The notes under the pieces: generated by a model
What the model saw: the letters and a program-made list of their open reading frames with translations, nothing else
Database searches by the model: none
What the model was told of the DNA's origin: nothing
NCBI GenBank assembly: GCA_945919375.1
Contig: CAMEJD010000007.1
Coordinates: 4,455-68,454 of the forward strand
Length of the DNA: 64,000 nucleotides
Direction: 5' to 3'
DNA from: an uncultured Clostridia bacterium
GTDB lineage: Bacteria; Bacillota; Clostridia; Christensenellales; UBA1242
Part shown: piece by piece, positions 27,546 to 36,615 of the stretch
How the letters are laid out: each line of letters begins with the position of its first letter
Numbering within the stretch: position 1 is the first letter of the stretch
Program-made: the position numbers and the translations under genes

Positions 27546-27574
27546 ATATTAACATAATTTGAAAACTATGTCAA
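27546..27574 (-). promoter_or_regulatory. promoter candidate for rplU-prp-rpmA
   Basis: Read on the minus strand the element is TTGACA (27574-27569), a 17-nt spacer, then TAATAT (27551-27546). An ~80-nt leader follows, which I could not assess for structure. Confidence 0.5.
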
Positions 27575-27736
27575 TTATAAAGTCCAAAAATCTATTACTA
27601 TTCAATTGAAATTTTTACCTTTGAATTATCATCAAATATAAAAGTGTCATCAACATATTCTGCCTTAAAGATTACTTATGCATATCCATCAATATTTGTC
27701 TTCAAATCGTTTATATTATGTAACCAGGTTTGTTAA

Positions 27737-27968
27737 TTTTTATGCCATTTAGAAGAACAAAATATTTGCATACATGAGTTATGTAAAAATGTCAATTTAG
27801 GAAAAATCTCTATATATGAGCTTGAACTTTACTTAATGATGTAATAAAGATTCCCAATTATCTGCATTTGTCAAAAGCTGCTTTCACAAGGTATAAAATG
27901 GAGCCCCCTTATCTGTAATTTCAAATTACTTAAATGTTAAAATTGAAGAATTGCTTGGAAGAAAATAG
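27737..27968 (+). pseudogene. frameshifted remnant(s) of an XRE-family helix-turn-helix regulator
   Basis: Three frames carry HTH-like pieces. They read '..LEEQNICIHELCKNVNLGKISIYELE..' with a stop at 27842, '..IPNYLHLSKAAFTRYKMEPPYL*', and 'NGAPLSVISNYLNVKIEELLGRK*' ending at 27968. No ORF of 60 aa or more is present. Confidence 0.5.
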
Positions 27969-27987
27969 TCATAAAAAATGAAATATA

Positions 27988-28013
27988 AAAAGTGAGTTAA
28001 ATAACTCACTTTT
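27988..28013. terminator. hairpin between the HTH remnant and the SUFU-like gene
   Basis: The stem AGTGAGTT (27991-27998) pairs with AACTCACT (28003-28010) and is followed by TTTT. The hairpin overlaps the TGA stop of the minus-strand gene. Confidence 0.45.
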
Positions 28014-28599
28014 CTATTTTTCTTGCCAAAAATTCTTCTGGCTTACAATTCTCGCCATATATATTATTTTCTATTTTCTCAAAGCCTTCATCATATTCTT
28101 TTTGGGATATTGGCATAACTTGTAAAATAGCGCATTTATCAAACAATCCTAATTTGCATCGAAGTATTCTTGAATCTTGTATTGCTTCTGGCATTAGCAA
28201 AAGAGATATTGGCCAATTTCCTTGACTATTAGTTAGTTCAATTGTGTGACCATATGATATAAATTCACCTAAATCTCTTGCGGAATATGCTGTAAGCATG
28301 AGGAATCTATAATACCAATCGTATTCTTTGCTGTCCGGAGAAATATTTATATACTTGTCAAGGAACATTACATACTCATTTCTTCTTGCAATTGCAGGTT
28401 TATGTTTTGGCATTTTGTAATCACTTGCCCCAACCGTTGCAAGTTTCCAAAATGGATATTTTTTTGTTGGCTTATATATAATAACATCAATCGGCATTTT
28501 CTCATTATTGTCGCCACAATACTCAAGCATACCTTCTGCTTCTTGCTCAAAATATTTGTTATAGTGATTAACAATTTTATAAAATCTTCTTTTGTTCAT
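28006..28599 (-). CDS. SUFU-like (suppressor-of-fused family) protein, candidate orphan immunity-type protein
   Basis: The pattern 'IDVIIYKPTKKYPFWKLATVGASDYKM...RNEYVMFL...WYYRFLMLTAYSA...ISYGHTIEL...LLLMPE...AILQVMPISQKEYDE' matches my recollection of bacterial SUFU-family proteins. No search was run. Confidence 0.5.
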   Translation of the reverse strand: MNKRRFYKIVNHYNKYFEQEAEGMLEYCGDNNEKMPIDVIIYKPTKKYPFWKLATVGASDYKMPKHKPAIARRNEYVMFLDKYINISPDSKEYDWYYRFLMLTAYSARDLGEFISYGHTIELTNSQGNWPISLLLMPEAIQDSRILRCKLGLFDKCAILQVMPISQKEYDEGFEKIENNIYGENCKPEEFLARKIEK

Positions 28600-28643
28600 A
28601 ATATACCCCTTTACAATTTTATCATAGCATATTCAAAATTAAA

Positions 28644-28678
28644 GAAAAAACTGGAAAAATGAATTTCCAGTTTTTTTT
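28644..28678. terminator. terminator after rpsI
   Basis: The stem CTGGAAA (28651-28657) pairs with TTTCCAG (28664-28670). An A-run and a T-run flank it. Confidence 0.6.
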
Positions 28679-28688
28679 GCAAAACAAA

Positions 28689-29117
28689 TTATCTCTTGCT
28701 GAATTGAGATGCTTTTCTTGCTTTCTTTAAACCATATTTCTTTCTTTCTTTCATTCTTGAATCTCTTGTCAAGAATCCAGCTTTTTTAAGTTCAGGTTTA
28801 AGGTTTTCTTCTGCAAGAACAAGTGCTCTTGAAATTCCATGATTGATTGCACCAGCTTGACCACTAAGTCCACCGCCGATAACATTTACAACAACGTCAT
28901 ATTTGTCTTGTGTGTTTGTGAGTTCCATTGGTTGACGAACAATAAGTTTAAGTGTGTCAAGACCAAAGTATTCTTCAATATCTTTTCCGTTTACAGTTAT
29001 TTTTCCTGTTCCATTTGGAAGCAATCTAACTCTTGCAATTGATTTTTTTCTTCTTCCTGTTCCAAGGAATTGAACATTTTTAATTTTGCTTGTTTTTGCT
29101 GTTTTTCTTTCTGCCAT
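28689..29117 (-). CDS. rpsI: 30S ribosomal protein S9
   Basis: The motifs '[14 protein letters not shown]', '[19 protein letters not shown]' and the C-terminal 'SQFSKR' are present. Confidence 0.93.
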   Translation of the reverse strand: MAERKTAKTSKIKNVQFLGTGRRKKSIARVRLLPNGTGKITVNGKDIEEYFGLDTLKLIVRQPMELTNTQDKYDVVVNVIGGGLSGQAGAINHGISRALVLAEENLKPELKKAGFLTRDSRMKERKKYGLKKARKASQFSKR

Positions 29118-29560
29118 TAGTTTCTTGCTCCTTTTAACTCAACAGTTTGAGGTTTTTGTGCATCATGATTATGATTTGCATCTTTGTAAACTCTAAGTCT
29201 TTCAAAAGCTTTTCTTCCAAGAGAGTTCTTTGGGAGCATACCTTTTACTGCTTTTTCAACAGCGACATTAGACTTTGTTGCCATAACTGTTTTGTAATCC
29301 ATTTCTTTTAATCCACCTGCATAACCTGAGTGGCTTCTAAGCATTTTTTGTGTTAATTTTTTACCTGTTAAAATAACCTTATCTGAATTAATTACTATAA
29401 CATGGTCACCTGTGTCAACATGTGGTGTGTATGTTGGTTTATTCTTTCCTGTTAAGATGTCAGCAACTTGAGAAGCAAGTCTTCCAAGTGGCATATTTGT
29501 TGCGTCAACAAGATACCATTTTCTTTCCACATTTGCTGGTTTTTCCATAAATGTTTTCAT
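29117..29560 (-). CDS. rplM: 50S ribosomal protein L13
   Basis: The motifs '[18 protein letters not shown]' and '[14 protein letters not shown]' are present. The stop overlaps the rpsI start in the sequence TAATG. Confidence 0.93.
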   Translation of the reverse strand: MKTFMEKPANVERKWYLVDATNMPLGRLASQVADILTGKNKPTYTPHVDTGDHVIVINSDKVILTGKKLTQKMLRSHSGYAGGLKEMDYKTVMATKSNVAVEKAVKGMLPKNSLGRKAFERLRVYKDANHNHDAQKPQTVELKGARN

Positions 29561-29660
29561 TGATTTTTTTCCTCCAAAAATTTACGCCTTGTTTGTATAG
29601 ACAATTCTTTTTTTAAGGGGCTAACTTTACAAAAAAAATGCCTAACCCTAGACGAGTATA

Positions 29661-29689
29661 ATTTTATTATAAACTCTACTATTTGTCAA
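29661..29689 (-). promoter_or_regulatory. promoter candidate for rplM-rpsI
   Basis: Read on the minus strand the element is TTGACA (29689-29684), a 17-nt spacer, then TAAAAT (29666-29661). A ~95-nt leader follows. Confidence 0.35.
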
Positions 29690-29733
29690 GCATATTTTTT
29701 AATTTTTATATATGAATAAATATACAATATTAT

Positions 29734-30474
29734 TTATAAATATTCAACATCATATAAGTATAATCCGTTTGGTTTTGCAGTTTTTCCACCAATGCTTCTA
29801 TCACCAGTTTCAAACATTTTATCAATAATATCTATATCAAGTTTTCCCCTTGCAATATCAAGTATTGTGCCAATAATTATCCTAACCATATTGTATAAAA
29901 ATCCATTTCCTGTTATTTTGAATATCAAAAAGTTATCTTTTTTTTGAAATGTAAAATTATAAATTGTTCTATTAAAGTCTTTTACATCTGTATCGGAACT
30001 TGCAAAGGCTTTAAAATTATGTTTCCCCACAAATTTTTTAACACAATCATCAATTTTTTGCTCGTCGAGTTTGTAAGGATAATTTGCGACCATATCCCAA
30101 AGAATGGGACTTACGATTTCGCCTTGCCTTACCACATACAAATAAGTTTTTTTCTTTGCCGAAAATCTTGCGCTAAAATTTTCATCAACTTCTTTTGCGA
30201 TTTTTACTCTTATATCTTGTGGCAAATAAGTGTTTAATGCCCTTGGAATATTTTGAGTTTGTATGTTTTTTGATGTTTGAAAATTTACACATTGTTTCAA
30301 AGCATGAACACCAGCATCGGTTCGCCCACTTGCAGTGATTTTTACATCTTCACAAAAGACATTTTTTATTGCATTTGCAAGATAGTTTTCAATTGTCTCT
30401 TGAGTGTTTTTTTGTCTTTGAAACCCCTTATAATTTGTGCCTTTATAGGACAATTCTAATAAAATATTTCTCAT
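29734..30474 (-). CDS. truA: tRNA pseudouridine(38-40) synthase
   Basis: The motifs 'LELSYKGTNYKGFQRQ', 'SGRTDAGVHA' and 'FLYNMVRIIIG' are present. Confidence 0.9.
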   Translation of the reverse strand: MRNILLELSYKGTNYKGFQRQKNTQETIENYLANAIKNVFCEDVKITASGRTDAGVHALKQCVNFQTSKNIQTQNIPRALNTYLPQDIRVKIAKEVDENFSARFSAKKKTYLYVVRQGEIVSPILWDMVANYPYKLDEQKIDDCVKKFVGKHNFKAFASSDTDVKDFNRTIYNFTFQKKDNFLIFKITGNGFLYNMVRIIIGTILDIARGKLDIDIIDKMFETGDRSIGGKTAKPNGLYLYDVEYL

Positions 30475-30564
30475 ACAAAAATATTAAAACATTTTTGATT
30501 TTTTGGCAATTGAATTTTTGCATTATATTTAGATTTATGGTAATATATATAGAAAGAGGTTTTT

Positions 30565-33500
30565 ATGACATTCAAAACAGTTGATGGAAACACAGCAACA
30601 GCAGAAATTGCCTATATGTTAAGCGAAGTTTCTGCTATTTACCCTATTACACCTTCGTCAACCATGGCAGAACTTGTTAGTCAATGGTCAAGCGAAGGTA
30701 AGCAAAATATTTTTGGGGACACCGTCCTTGTAAGAGAAATGCAATCAGAAGCAGGCGTTAGCGGTGCAATTCATGGAGCCTTGTCTTGTGGTGCACTTGC
30801 AACGACGTTTACATCAAGTCAAGGGTTACTTCTTATGATTCCAAATATGTATAAAATTGCCGGCGAGTGTTTGCCTTGCGTTTTTCATATTTCTGCAAGA
30901 GCACTTGCGACCCATGCATTAAGTATTTTTTGCGACCATAGCGATGTTATGGCTGTTCGTTCCACAGGTTTCAATATTTTGGCATCAAACAGTGTTCAAG
31001 AGTGTTATGATATGGCTCTTGCAAGCCATTTACTAACTTTGAAAACAAGTTTGCCAGTGCTTCATTTTTTTGATGGATTTAGAACAAGTCACGAAATCGA
31101 AAAAATATCAATAATTGATGATGCAGACATAAAAAAGATTTATCCTTTTAAAGACCTTGAATCATTTAAAAACAGAGCATTAAATACACATAACCCAATT
31201 CAAAAAGGCACAGCTCAAAATCCAGATGTATATTTTCAAAATCGGGAAAGATGTAACGAACTTTACAGCAAAGTTTTTGACAAACTTACCGAAGTCTTTT
31301 CGGATATAAAATCTATAACCGGCAGAAGTTATTCACCTTATGAATATTTTGGTGATAGCAATGCTGAATATGTTATTGTCGCCATGGGTAGCGGAATTGA
31401 AACCATAAAAGATACCGTAAAATATCTAAATAACAAAGGTGAAAAACTTGGTGTTTTAAATGTAAGATTATTTAGACCTTTCTTTTCAAAGCAATTTGTT
31501 GAAACTTTGCCAAAAAGTGTTAAAAAAATTGCCGTTCTTGATAGGACAAAGGAAAGCGGTGCAAGTGGCGAACCACTTTATAATGATGTTTGCTCGGCGA
31601 TTCTTGAAAATGAACGAAATGTCAAAGTTATTGGTGGGAGATATGGTATTGGTGGAAAGGAATTCAACCCTTCTCATGTTTATGCCGTATATCAAAATTT
31701 AATGAAAGAAGTACCCAAAAATCATTTTACTGTTGGAATTTGTGACGATATTACAAACACTTCCCTACCATTATCTAATTTTGAAATTTTGAATGATGAT
31801 TGCTACAATTTAAAATTCTATGGGCTAGGGTCCGACGGAACAGTTAGTGCAAACAAAAACAGTATAAAAATTATAAGTCAACTTGAAAACAAGTATGTTC
31901 AAGCATATTTTGAATATGATTCCAAAAAATCCGGAAGTTTAACAACTTCTCACCTAAGGCTAAGTAATTCTCCAATTAACAAACCTTACAAAGCTTTGCA
32001 CCATGACTTTATTGCAATTCATAATTTTACATTTATTGGAAGATATGATTTGATTTCTTCCCTAAAAGAGAATGGTATTGTTCTATTAAATACAAAATTA
32101 AACGATAATGAACTTGGCAAATATTTGCCACAAGAATTTGTTAATGTATTAAAAGAAAAAAATGCAACTTTATATACCATTGATGCTCAAAAAATTGCAA
32201 ATGATGTTGGGCTTGGTGGAAAAATAAACGTAATAATGCAAACTGCATTCTTTAAACTTTTAAAAAATATACCTTTTGACCAAGCAATTGATAAAATTAA
32301 AGAAACAACAATATCAACATATTCAAGAAAGGGTGACGACATTGTAAATAAGAATCTAAAAGCAATTGACCTAACTATTGACAGTATTAAAAAGATTGAT
32401 TATTCAAACATTGTTGGATACAAAAGCACAAGAAATTCCACAACGGATTGCAAATTTTTTGACGATGTTATATCAAAAATTGAAAAAAATCAAGGAAATG
32501 AATTACCTGTTTCAAGTTTTTCAGTTGATGGGAGTGTACCAACAAACACTTCAAAATATCTCAAACGTGGAATATCTGCAAGTGTTCCAATGTGGATAAA
32601 AGAAAATTGTATTCAGTGTGGATTATGCTCCCTTGCCTGTCCACATGGTGCAATTAGAAGTGTGCTAATTGATGAAAAGAATGACACAAAAAAGGACTTT
32701 GAAACAATTGATACAATTGGAATGAAAGGCAAGAAATTTCGTATTCAAATTAGTCCAAAAGATTGCACAGGTTGTGGAGTTTGTGTAAATACTTGCCCTG
32801 TCTTGAAAAAAGCATTAAAAATGCAAGACGACATTGATTATTTTAACAAAGAGGAAGCAAATTATATTTATAGTCAAAACTTGAAAAAAGAAAAGTCTAT
32901 ATTCAACAAATTTACTTCAAAAGGTATTCAATTTTATGAACCATATTTTGAATATAGTTATGCTTGTGCCGGTTGTGGAGAAACTCCATATATAAAATTA
33001 TTAACACAACTATTTGGCGACAATATGATAATTGCAAACGCAACAGGTTGTTCAAGCATTTATGGTGGTTCATACCCTGTTTGCCCATATTCAAAAGACA
33101 AAAACGGAAATGGACCAAGTTGGGCAAATAGTTTGTTTGAAGATAATGCCGAATATGGCTATGGCTTTAAACTTGCAATTGACCAAGAGAAAAAACATAA
33201 TGAAAATAACAACAAAACGGCAACTGATAAATCTGTTTGGATTATTGGTGGTGATGGTTGGGCTTACGACATTGGTTATAGCGGAATTGACCAAATATTG
33301 AATAGCAAAGAAAATGTTAATATCTTGGTTTTGGACACAGAACTGTATTCCAATACCGGTGGGCAATCATCAAAGAGTACTCCGCTTGGAAGCATCACAA
33401 AATTTAATAGCAACGGGAAACGAACAAGCAAAAAAGATTTGGGAGCAATTGCAATGACAAGCGGGAATGCTTATGTTGCAAGCATAAGTTTGGGAGCAAA

Positions 33501-33864
33501 TCCAAATCAAGCAATAAAAGCATTAAAGGAAGCACAAGAATATAATGGCCCAAGTTTGGTTATTTGTTACTGCCCATGCATCAATCATGGATTTGATATG
33601 TCAAAATCAAACGAACATATGAAACTTTGTGTTGAAAGTGGATATTGGAATTTGTATAGATTTAATCCAAATAGCGAAAAACCATTAACTATGGATAGTA
33701 GTGCACCAACAAAAGATTACAAGGACTTTTTGCTAACCGAAACAAGATATACGAACCTAATAAAAAAAGACCCAATACATGCCGAAGAAATATATAACCA
33801 AAGCAAAATTGACGCGCAAAAAAGATATAATAATCTTTTAAATATATTAAAAAATCAAGAATAA
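30565..33864 (+). CDS. nifJ: pyruvate:ferredoxin (flavodoxin) oxidoreductase
   Basis: The N-terminus is 'VDGNTATAEIAYMLSEVSAIYPITPSS'. There are two 4Fe-4S motifs, 'CIQCGLCSLACP' and 'CTGCGVCVNTCP', and a TPP motif 'GGDGWAYDIGYSG'. The length is 1099 aa. Confidence 0.92.
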   Translation: MTFKTVDGNTATAEIAYMLSEVSAIYPITPSSTMAELVSQWSSEGKQNIFGDTVLVREMQSEAGVSGAIHGALSCGALATTFTSSQGLLLMIPNMYKIAGECLPCVFHISARALATHALSIFCDHSDVMAVRSTGFNILASNSVQECYDMALASHLLTLKTSLPVLHFFDGFRTSHEIEKISIIDDADIKKIYPFKDLESFKNRALNTHNPIQKGTAQNPDVYFQNRERCNELYSKVFDKLTEVFSDIKSITGRSYSPYEYFGDSNAEYVIVAMGSGIETIKDTVKYLNNKGEKLGVLNVRLFRPFFSKQFVETLPKSVKKIAVLDRTKESGASGEPLYNDVCSAILENERNVKVIGGRYGIGGKEFNPSHVYAVYQNLMKEVPKNHFTVGICDDITNTSLPLSNFEILNDDCYNLKFYGLGSDGTVSANKNSIKIISQLENKYVQAYFEYDSKKSGSLTTSHLRLSNSPINKPYKALHHDFIAIHNFTFIGRYDLISSLKENGIVLLNTKLNDNELGKYLPQEFVNVLKEKNATLYTIDAQKIANDVGLGGKINVIMQTAFFKLLKNIPFDQAIDKIKETTISTYSRKGDDIVNKNLKAIDLTIDSIKKIDYSNIVGYKSTRNSTTDCKFFDDVISKIEKNQGNELPVSSFSVDGSVPTNTSKYLKRGISASVPMWIKENCIQCGLCSLACPHGAIRSVLIDEKNDTKKDFETIDTIGMKGKKFRIQISPKDCTGCGVCVNTCPVLKKALKMQDDIDYFNKEEANYIYSQNLKKEKSIFNKFTSKGIQFYEPYFEYSYACAGCGETPYIKLLTQLFGDNMIIANATGCSSIYGGSYPVCPYSKDKNGNGPSWANSLFEDNAEYGYGFKLAIDQEKKHNENNNKTATDKSVWIIGGDGWAYDIGYSGIDQILNSKENVNILVLDTELYSNTGGQSSKSTPLGSITKFNSNGKRTSKKDLGAIAMTSGNAYVASISLGANPNQAIKALKEAQEYNGPSLVICYCPCINHGFDMSKSNEHMKLCVESGYWNLYRFNPNSEKPLTMDSSAPTKDYKDFLLTETRYTNLIKKDPIHAEEIYNQSKIDAQKRYNNLLNILKNQE

Positions 33865-33933
33865 AATTATTTATTTTTCACAAATTAACAATGTTAATTA
33901 AAAATATAAAAAATATTTTTAATTTTAACAAAT

Positions 33934-33963
33934 ATGCCACAAATAAATTGTGGCATTTTTTTT
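33934..33963 (+). terminator. intrinsic terminator after PFOR
   Basis: The stem ATGCCACAA (33934-33942) pairs with TTGTGGCAT (33948-33956) and is followed by TTTTTTTT. Confidence 0.7.
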
Positions 33964-33975
33964 CAAGTTATACCA

Positions 33976-34016
33976 GCAAAAAACCTGCAAACCTTTTGAT
34001 TAAAGGTGTTGCAGGT
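33976..34016 (-). terminator. intrinsic terminator after tkt (minus strand)
   Basis: A 14-bp stem forms between 33983-33996 and 34002-34016 with a one-base bulge. On the minus strand it is followed by TTTTTGCT. Confidence 0.7.
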
Positions 34017-34116
34017 ATTTGCTCTAGTAAGAAAATAATATTTAATATACTTAATTACATATTTTTTCTTACATTTATATCATATGCAAAAATATTGATT
34101 TTATTCTATAATTTAA

Positions 34117-36078
34117 TTATTTTTTAACTGTTTTTTTTATTGCTTTTGCAATTTCGCTTGGTATAAATTTAAAATATTGTTCAAGGTCATTTTGTTTTGC
34201 ACTTTTTCCAAAATTTTCAATACTAAATTTCAATCCATTATTACCAATATATTTTTCCCAAATATTATCATTTGATGCTTCCAAACTAACCCTAAAGTTC
34301 GCTCTTGACAAAATATCATTCTTATATTTTTCAGTTTGATTTTCAAAAATTTCCAAGCAAGGGAAACTTGCAACAACAACTTTTATATCTTGTCCTTCCA
34401 AAATCGACTTTACGTTTTGTGCAAGTTCAACTTCGCTACCAGTTGCAAGAATTTCAACTTCGCCATAATCTCCGCTAATAATATAACCACCAAATTTTGC
34501 ATCATTAAAATTATTATTTTGATTTTTTAATATTTCTTTTGAAAGTATAAAACATGATGGACTTTGATTTGACAATGCATTGTCATAACATGCAAGTAAT
34601 TCTGTCATATTGCAAGGTCTGTACACATATAAATTTGGAATAAGCCTTAATTCCCCAAGTTGTTCAACGCATTGATGTGTTGGTCCATCTTGCCCAACCC
34701 TAAAATTATCATGGCTAAACATAAACATTGATGGTATATTCATTTGGGCACTCATCCTTATTGGTGACAACATATAATTTGAAAATGCCAAAAAAGTTGA
34801 GCAAAACGATGGACTTTGCAAATACAAAGTTATACCATTGCAAATAGCCCCCATTGAATGTTCCCTAACACCATAATGGATATTTTTCCCACGTCTATTT
34901 TCGCATGAAAAATCTCCACCATCTTCAATATATGCTTTTGTTGTAAGTGCAACATCGGCACAGCCTCCAACTAACCTTGGCATTTTGCTTGACAATTCTT
35001 TTAATATAATGTGATTTGCATCTCGCATTGCATAATCTTCTTTGTCAATTTGTTCTTGCTTTAACAAATGATTGATATTGATTGGCTTGTTATCCATAAA
35101 GCTTGCCAATTTTTTATAAAGTTCCGGATATGCTTTTTGATAAACTGCAAAATTATTATTCCACTTTTCAATCAAACGATTATTTCTTTCATTTGTTTTT
35201 ATTACATGATTTTTAATATCTTCCGGAAGTTTGAACGGATCAGTGACATTTAACTTTTCTTTTAATTCATCAAGGTCGGTCAAAGTTAGTGGGTTGCCAT
35301 GAATAAGATTTGAACCTGCAAGTTTTGAATTAAGCCCTATTGTGGTTTTAAAAATTATGACAGTAGGTTTTTTATTTGATTTTTTTGCTTTTGCAATTGC
35401 TCTTGTTACACAATAATAATTGTTGCCGTTTTTACAAACAATAACATTCCAATTCATTGACTTAAATTTCTTTACCGGATTTTCGGTGTTAGAAATGTTT
35501 AGATTTCCGTCTATTGTCATTTTATTGCAGTCATACAACAATATCAACTTGTTCAATTTTAATGTTCCTGCAAGGCTTATTGCTTCTTGTGCAACACCTT
35601 CCATTAAACAACCATCGCCACACAAACAATATGTGTAATTATCGACAACTGGATATTTTTGTGCATTAAATCTTGATGCAACCATTGTTTCTGCAATTGC
35701 CATTCCAACAGCATTTGCAACACCTTGACCAAGCGGGCCTGTTGATACTTCAACAAAATTTGTTGTGTTATATTCCGGGTGTCCCGGTGTTTTTGAATTA
35801 AGTTGTCTAAAACTTTTTAAATCGTCTTCCCCTAACCCAAAGTTGAACATATATGCAGTTGCATAATACAATGAACTTGCATGCCCACAAGAAAGGATAA
35901 ACCTATCCCTTGGGAAGAATTTATGGTCTTTTACATCATAGAAATAGTGGTCCTTAAAGAGTGCATACATTATCTCTGTTGCTCCAAGAGCCACTCCGGG
36001 ATGACCACTATTGGCGTTTGTTATCATTTCACAAGACATTGCTCTTAAAAAATTCAAGCATTTCTTATTTATGTTCAC
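34117..36078 (-). CDS. tkt: transketolase
   Basis: The motifs 'ANSGHPGVALGATEIM', 'RDRFILSCGHAS' and 'CGDGCLMEGVAQEA' are present. The length is 653 aa. Confidence 0.92.
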   Translation of the reverse strand: MNINKKCLNFLRAMSCEMITNANSGHPGVALGATEIMYALFKDHYFYDVKDHKFFPRDRFILSCGHASSLYYATAYMFNFGLGEDDLKSFRQLNSKTPGHPEYNTTNFVEVSTGPLGQGVANAVGMAIAETMVASRFNAQKYPVVDNYTYCLCGDGCLMEGVAQEAISLAGTLKLNKLILLYDCNKMTIDGNLNISNTENPVKKFKSMNWNVIVCKNGNNYYCVTRAIAKAKKSNKKPTVIIFKTTIGLNSKLAGSNLIHGNPLTLTDLDELKEKLNVTDPFKLPEDIKNHVIKTNERNNRLIEKWNNNFAVYQKAYPELYKKLASFMDNKPININHLLKQEQIDKEDYAMRDANHIILKELSSKMPRLVGGCADVALTTKAYIEDGGDFSCENRRGKNIHYGVREHSMGAICNGITLYLQSPSFCSTFLAFSNYMLSPIRMSAQMNIPSMFMFSHDNFRVGQDGPTHQCVEQLGELRLIPNLYVYRPCNMTELLACYDNALSNQSPSCFILSKEILKNQNNNFNDAKFGGYIISGDYGEVEILATGSEVELAQNVKSILEGQDIKVVVASFPCLEIFENQTEKYKNDILSRANFRVSLEASNDNIWEKYIGNNGLKFSIENFGKSAKQNDLEQYFKFIPSEIAKAIKKTVKK

Positions 36079-36565
36079 AATATTCCTCCAAACATTTTTT
36101 AATCTCGTCCTCTATTGTGCTTTTCTTTTTATTTCTTACATTTACTATATATTTTGCCAATTTTTCAAGTTCCAAATCTTTTTGTGCATAAGTTAACAAA
36201 TTTGGAACAATAAATTCATCAACAAATCCAATTTTGCTTTGTTTTGTCAATTTATCTTTTGAAAATCTTATATAAATTATCAATGAATTGTCAAAATTTT
36301 TGTATTGGTTATCTCGTAAAAAATAATGACTGGGTATTGTTATTATTGAATTTTCAAATTCGGCACAACCTTTTATTGCCTTGTTCTCTTGTGCCTTTAA
36401 ATATTCAACTCCACAAAGTTCTTTCATATTTTTTTTGTTTTGCAATTGATAATTAACAAACTCATCGCCATTCAAAAAATATGCTTCCAAAGAGTCCGCA
36501 ACACTTTGTGCAATTTCTATATTATATTCGTAGTTTAGCCCAATAATAACAACATTTTTTATCAT
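36065..36565 (-). CDS. shikimate-kinase-like protein lacking a Walker A P-loop (possible pseudoenzyme)
   Basis: 'MIKNVVIIGLNYEYNIEIAQSVADSLEAYFLNGDEFV' aligns by eye to AroK N-termini, but GxxGxGK[ST] is replaced by GLNYEYNI. The stop overlaps the tkt start by 14 nt. Confidence 0.35.
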   Translation of the reverse strand: MIKNVVIIGLNYEYNIEIAQSVADSLEAYFLNGDEFVNYQLQNKKNMKELCGVEYLKAQENKAIKGCAEFENSIITIPSHYFLRDNQYKNFDNSLIIYIRFSKDKLTKQSKIGFVDEFIVPNLLTYAQKDLELEKLAKYIVNVRNKKKSTIEDEIKKCLEEYCEHK

Positions 36566-36615
36566 ACTTTAATATTAACATAAATCGGTGTTTATAACAA
36601 CACTTTTCTAATTAT

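Noticed and set aside
33891-34127. 78-aa plus-strand ORF between PFOR and tkt
   Set aside because: It contains both convergent terminators (33934-33963 and 33976-34016), so it is non-coding spacer.
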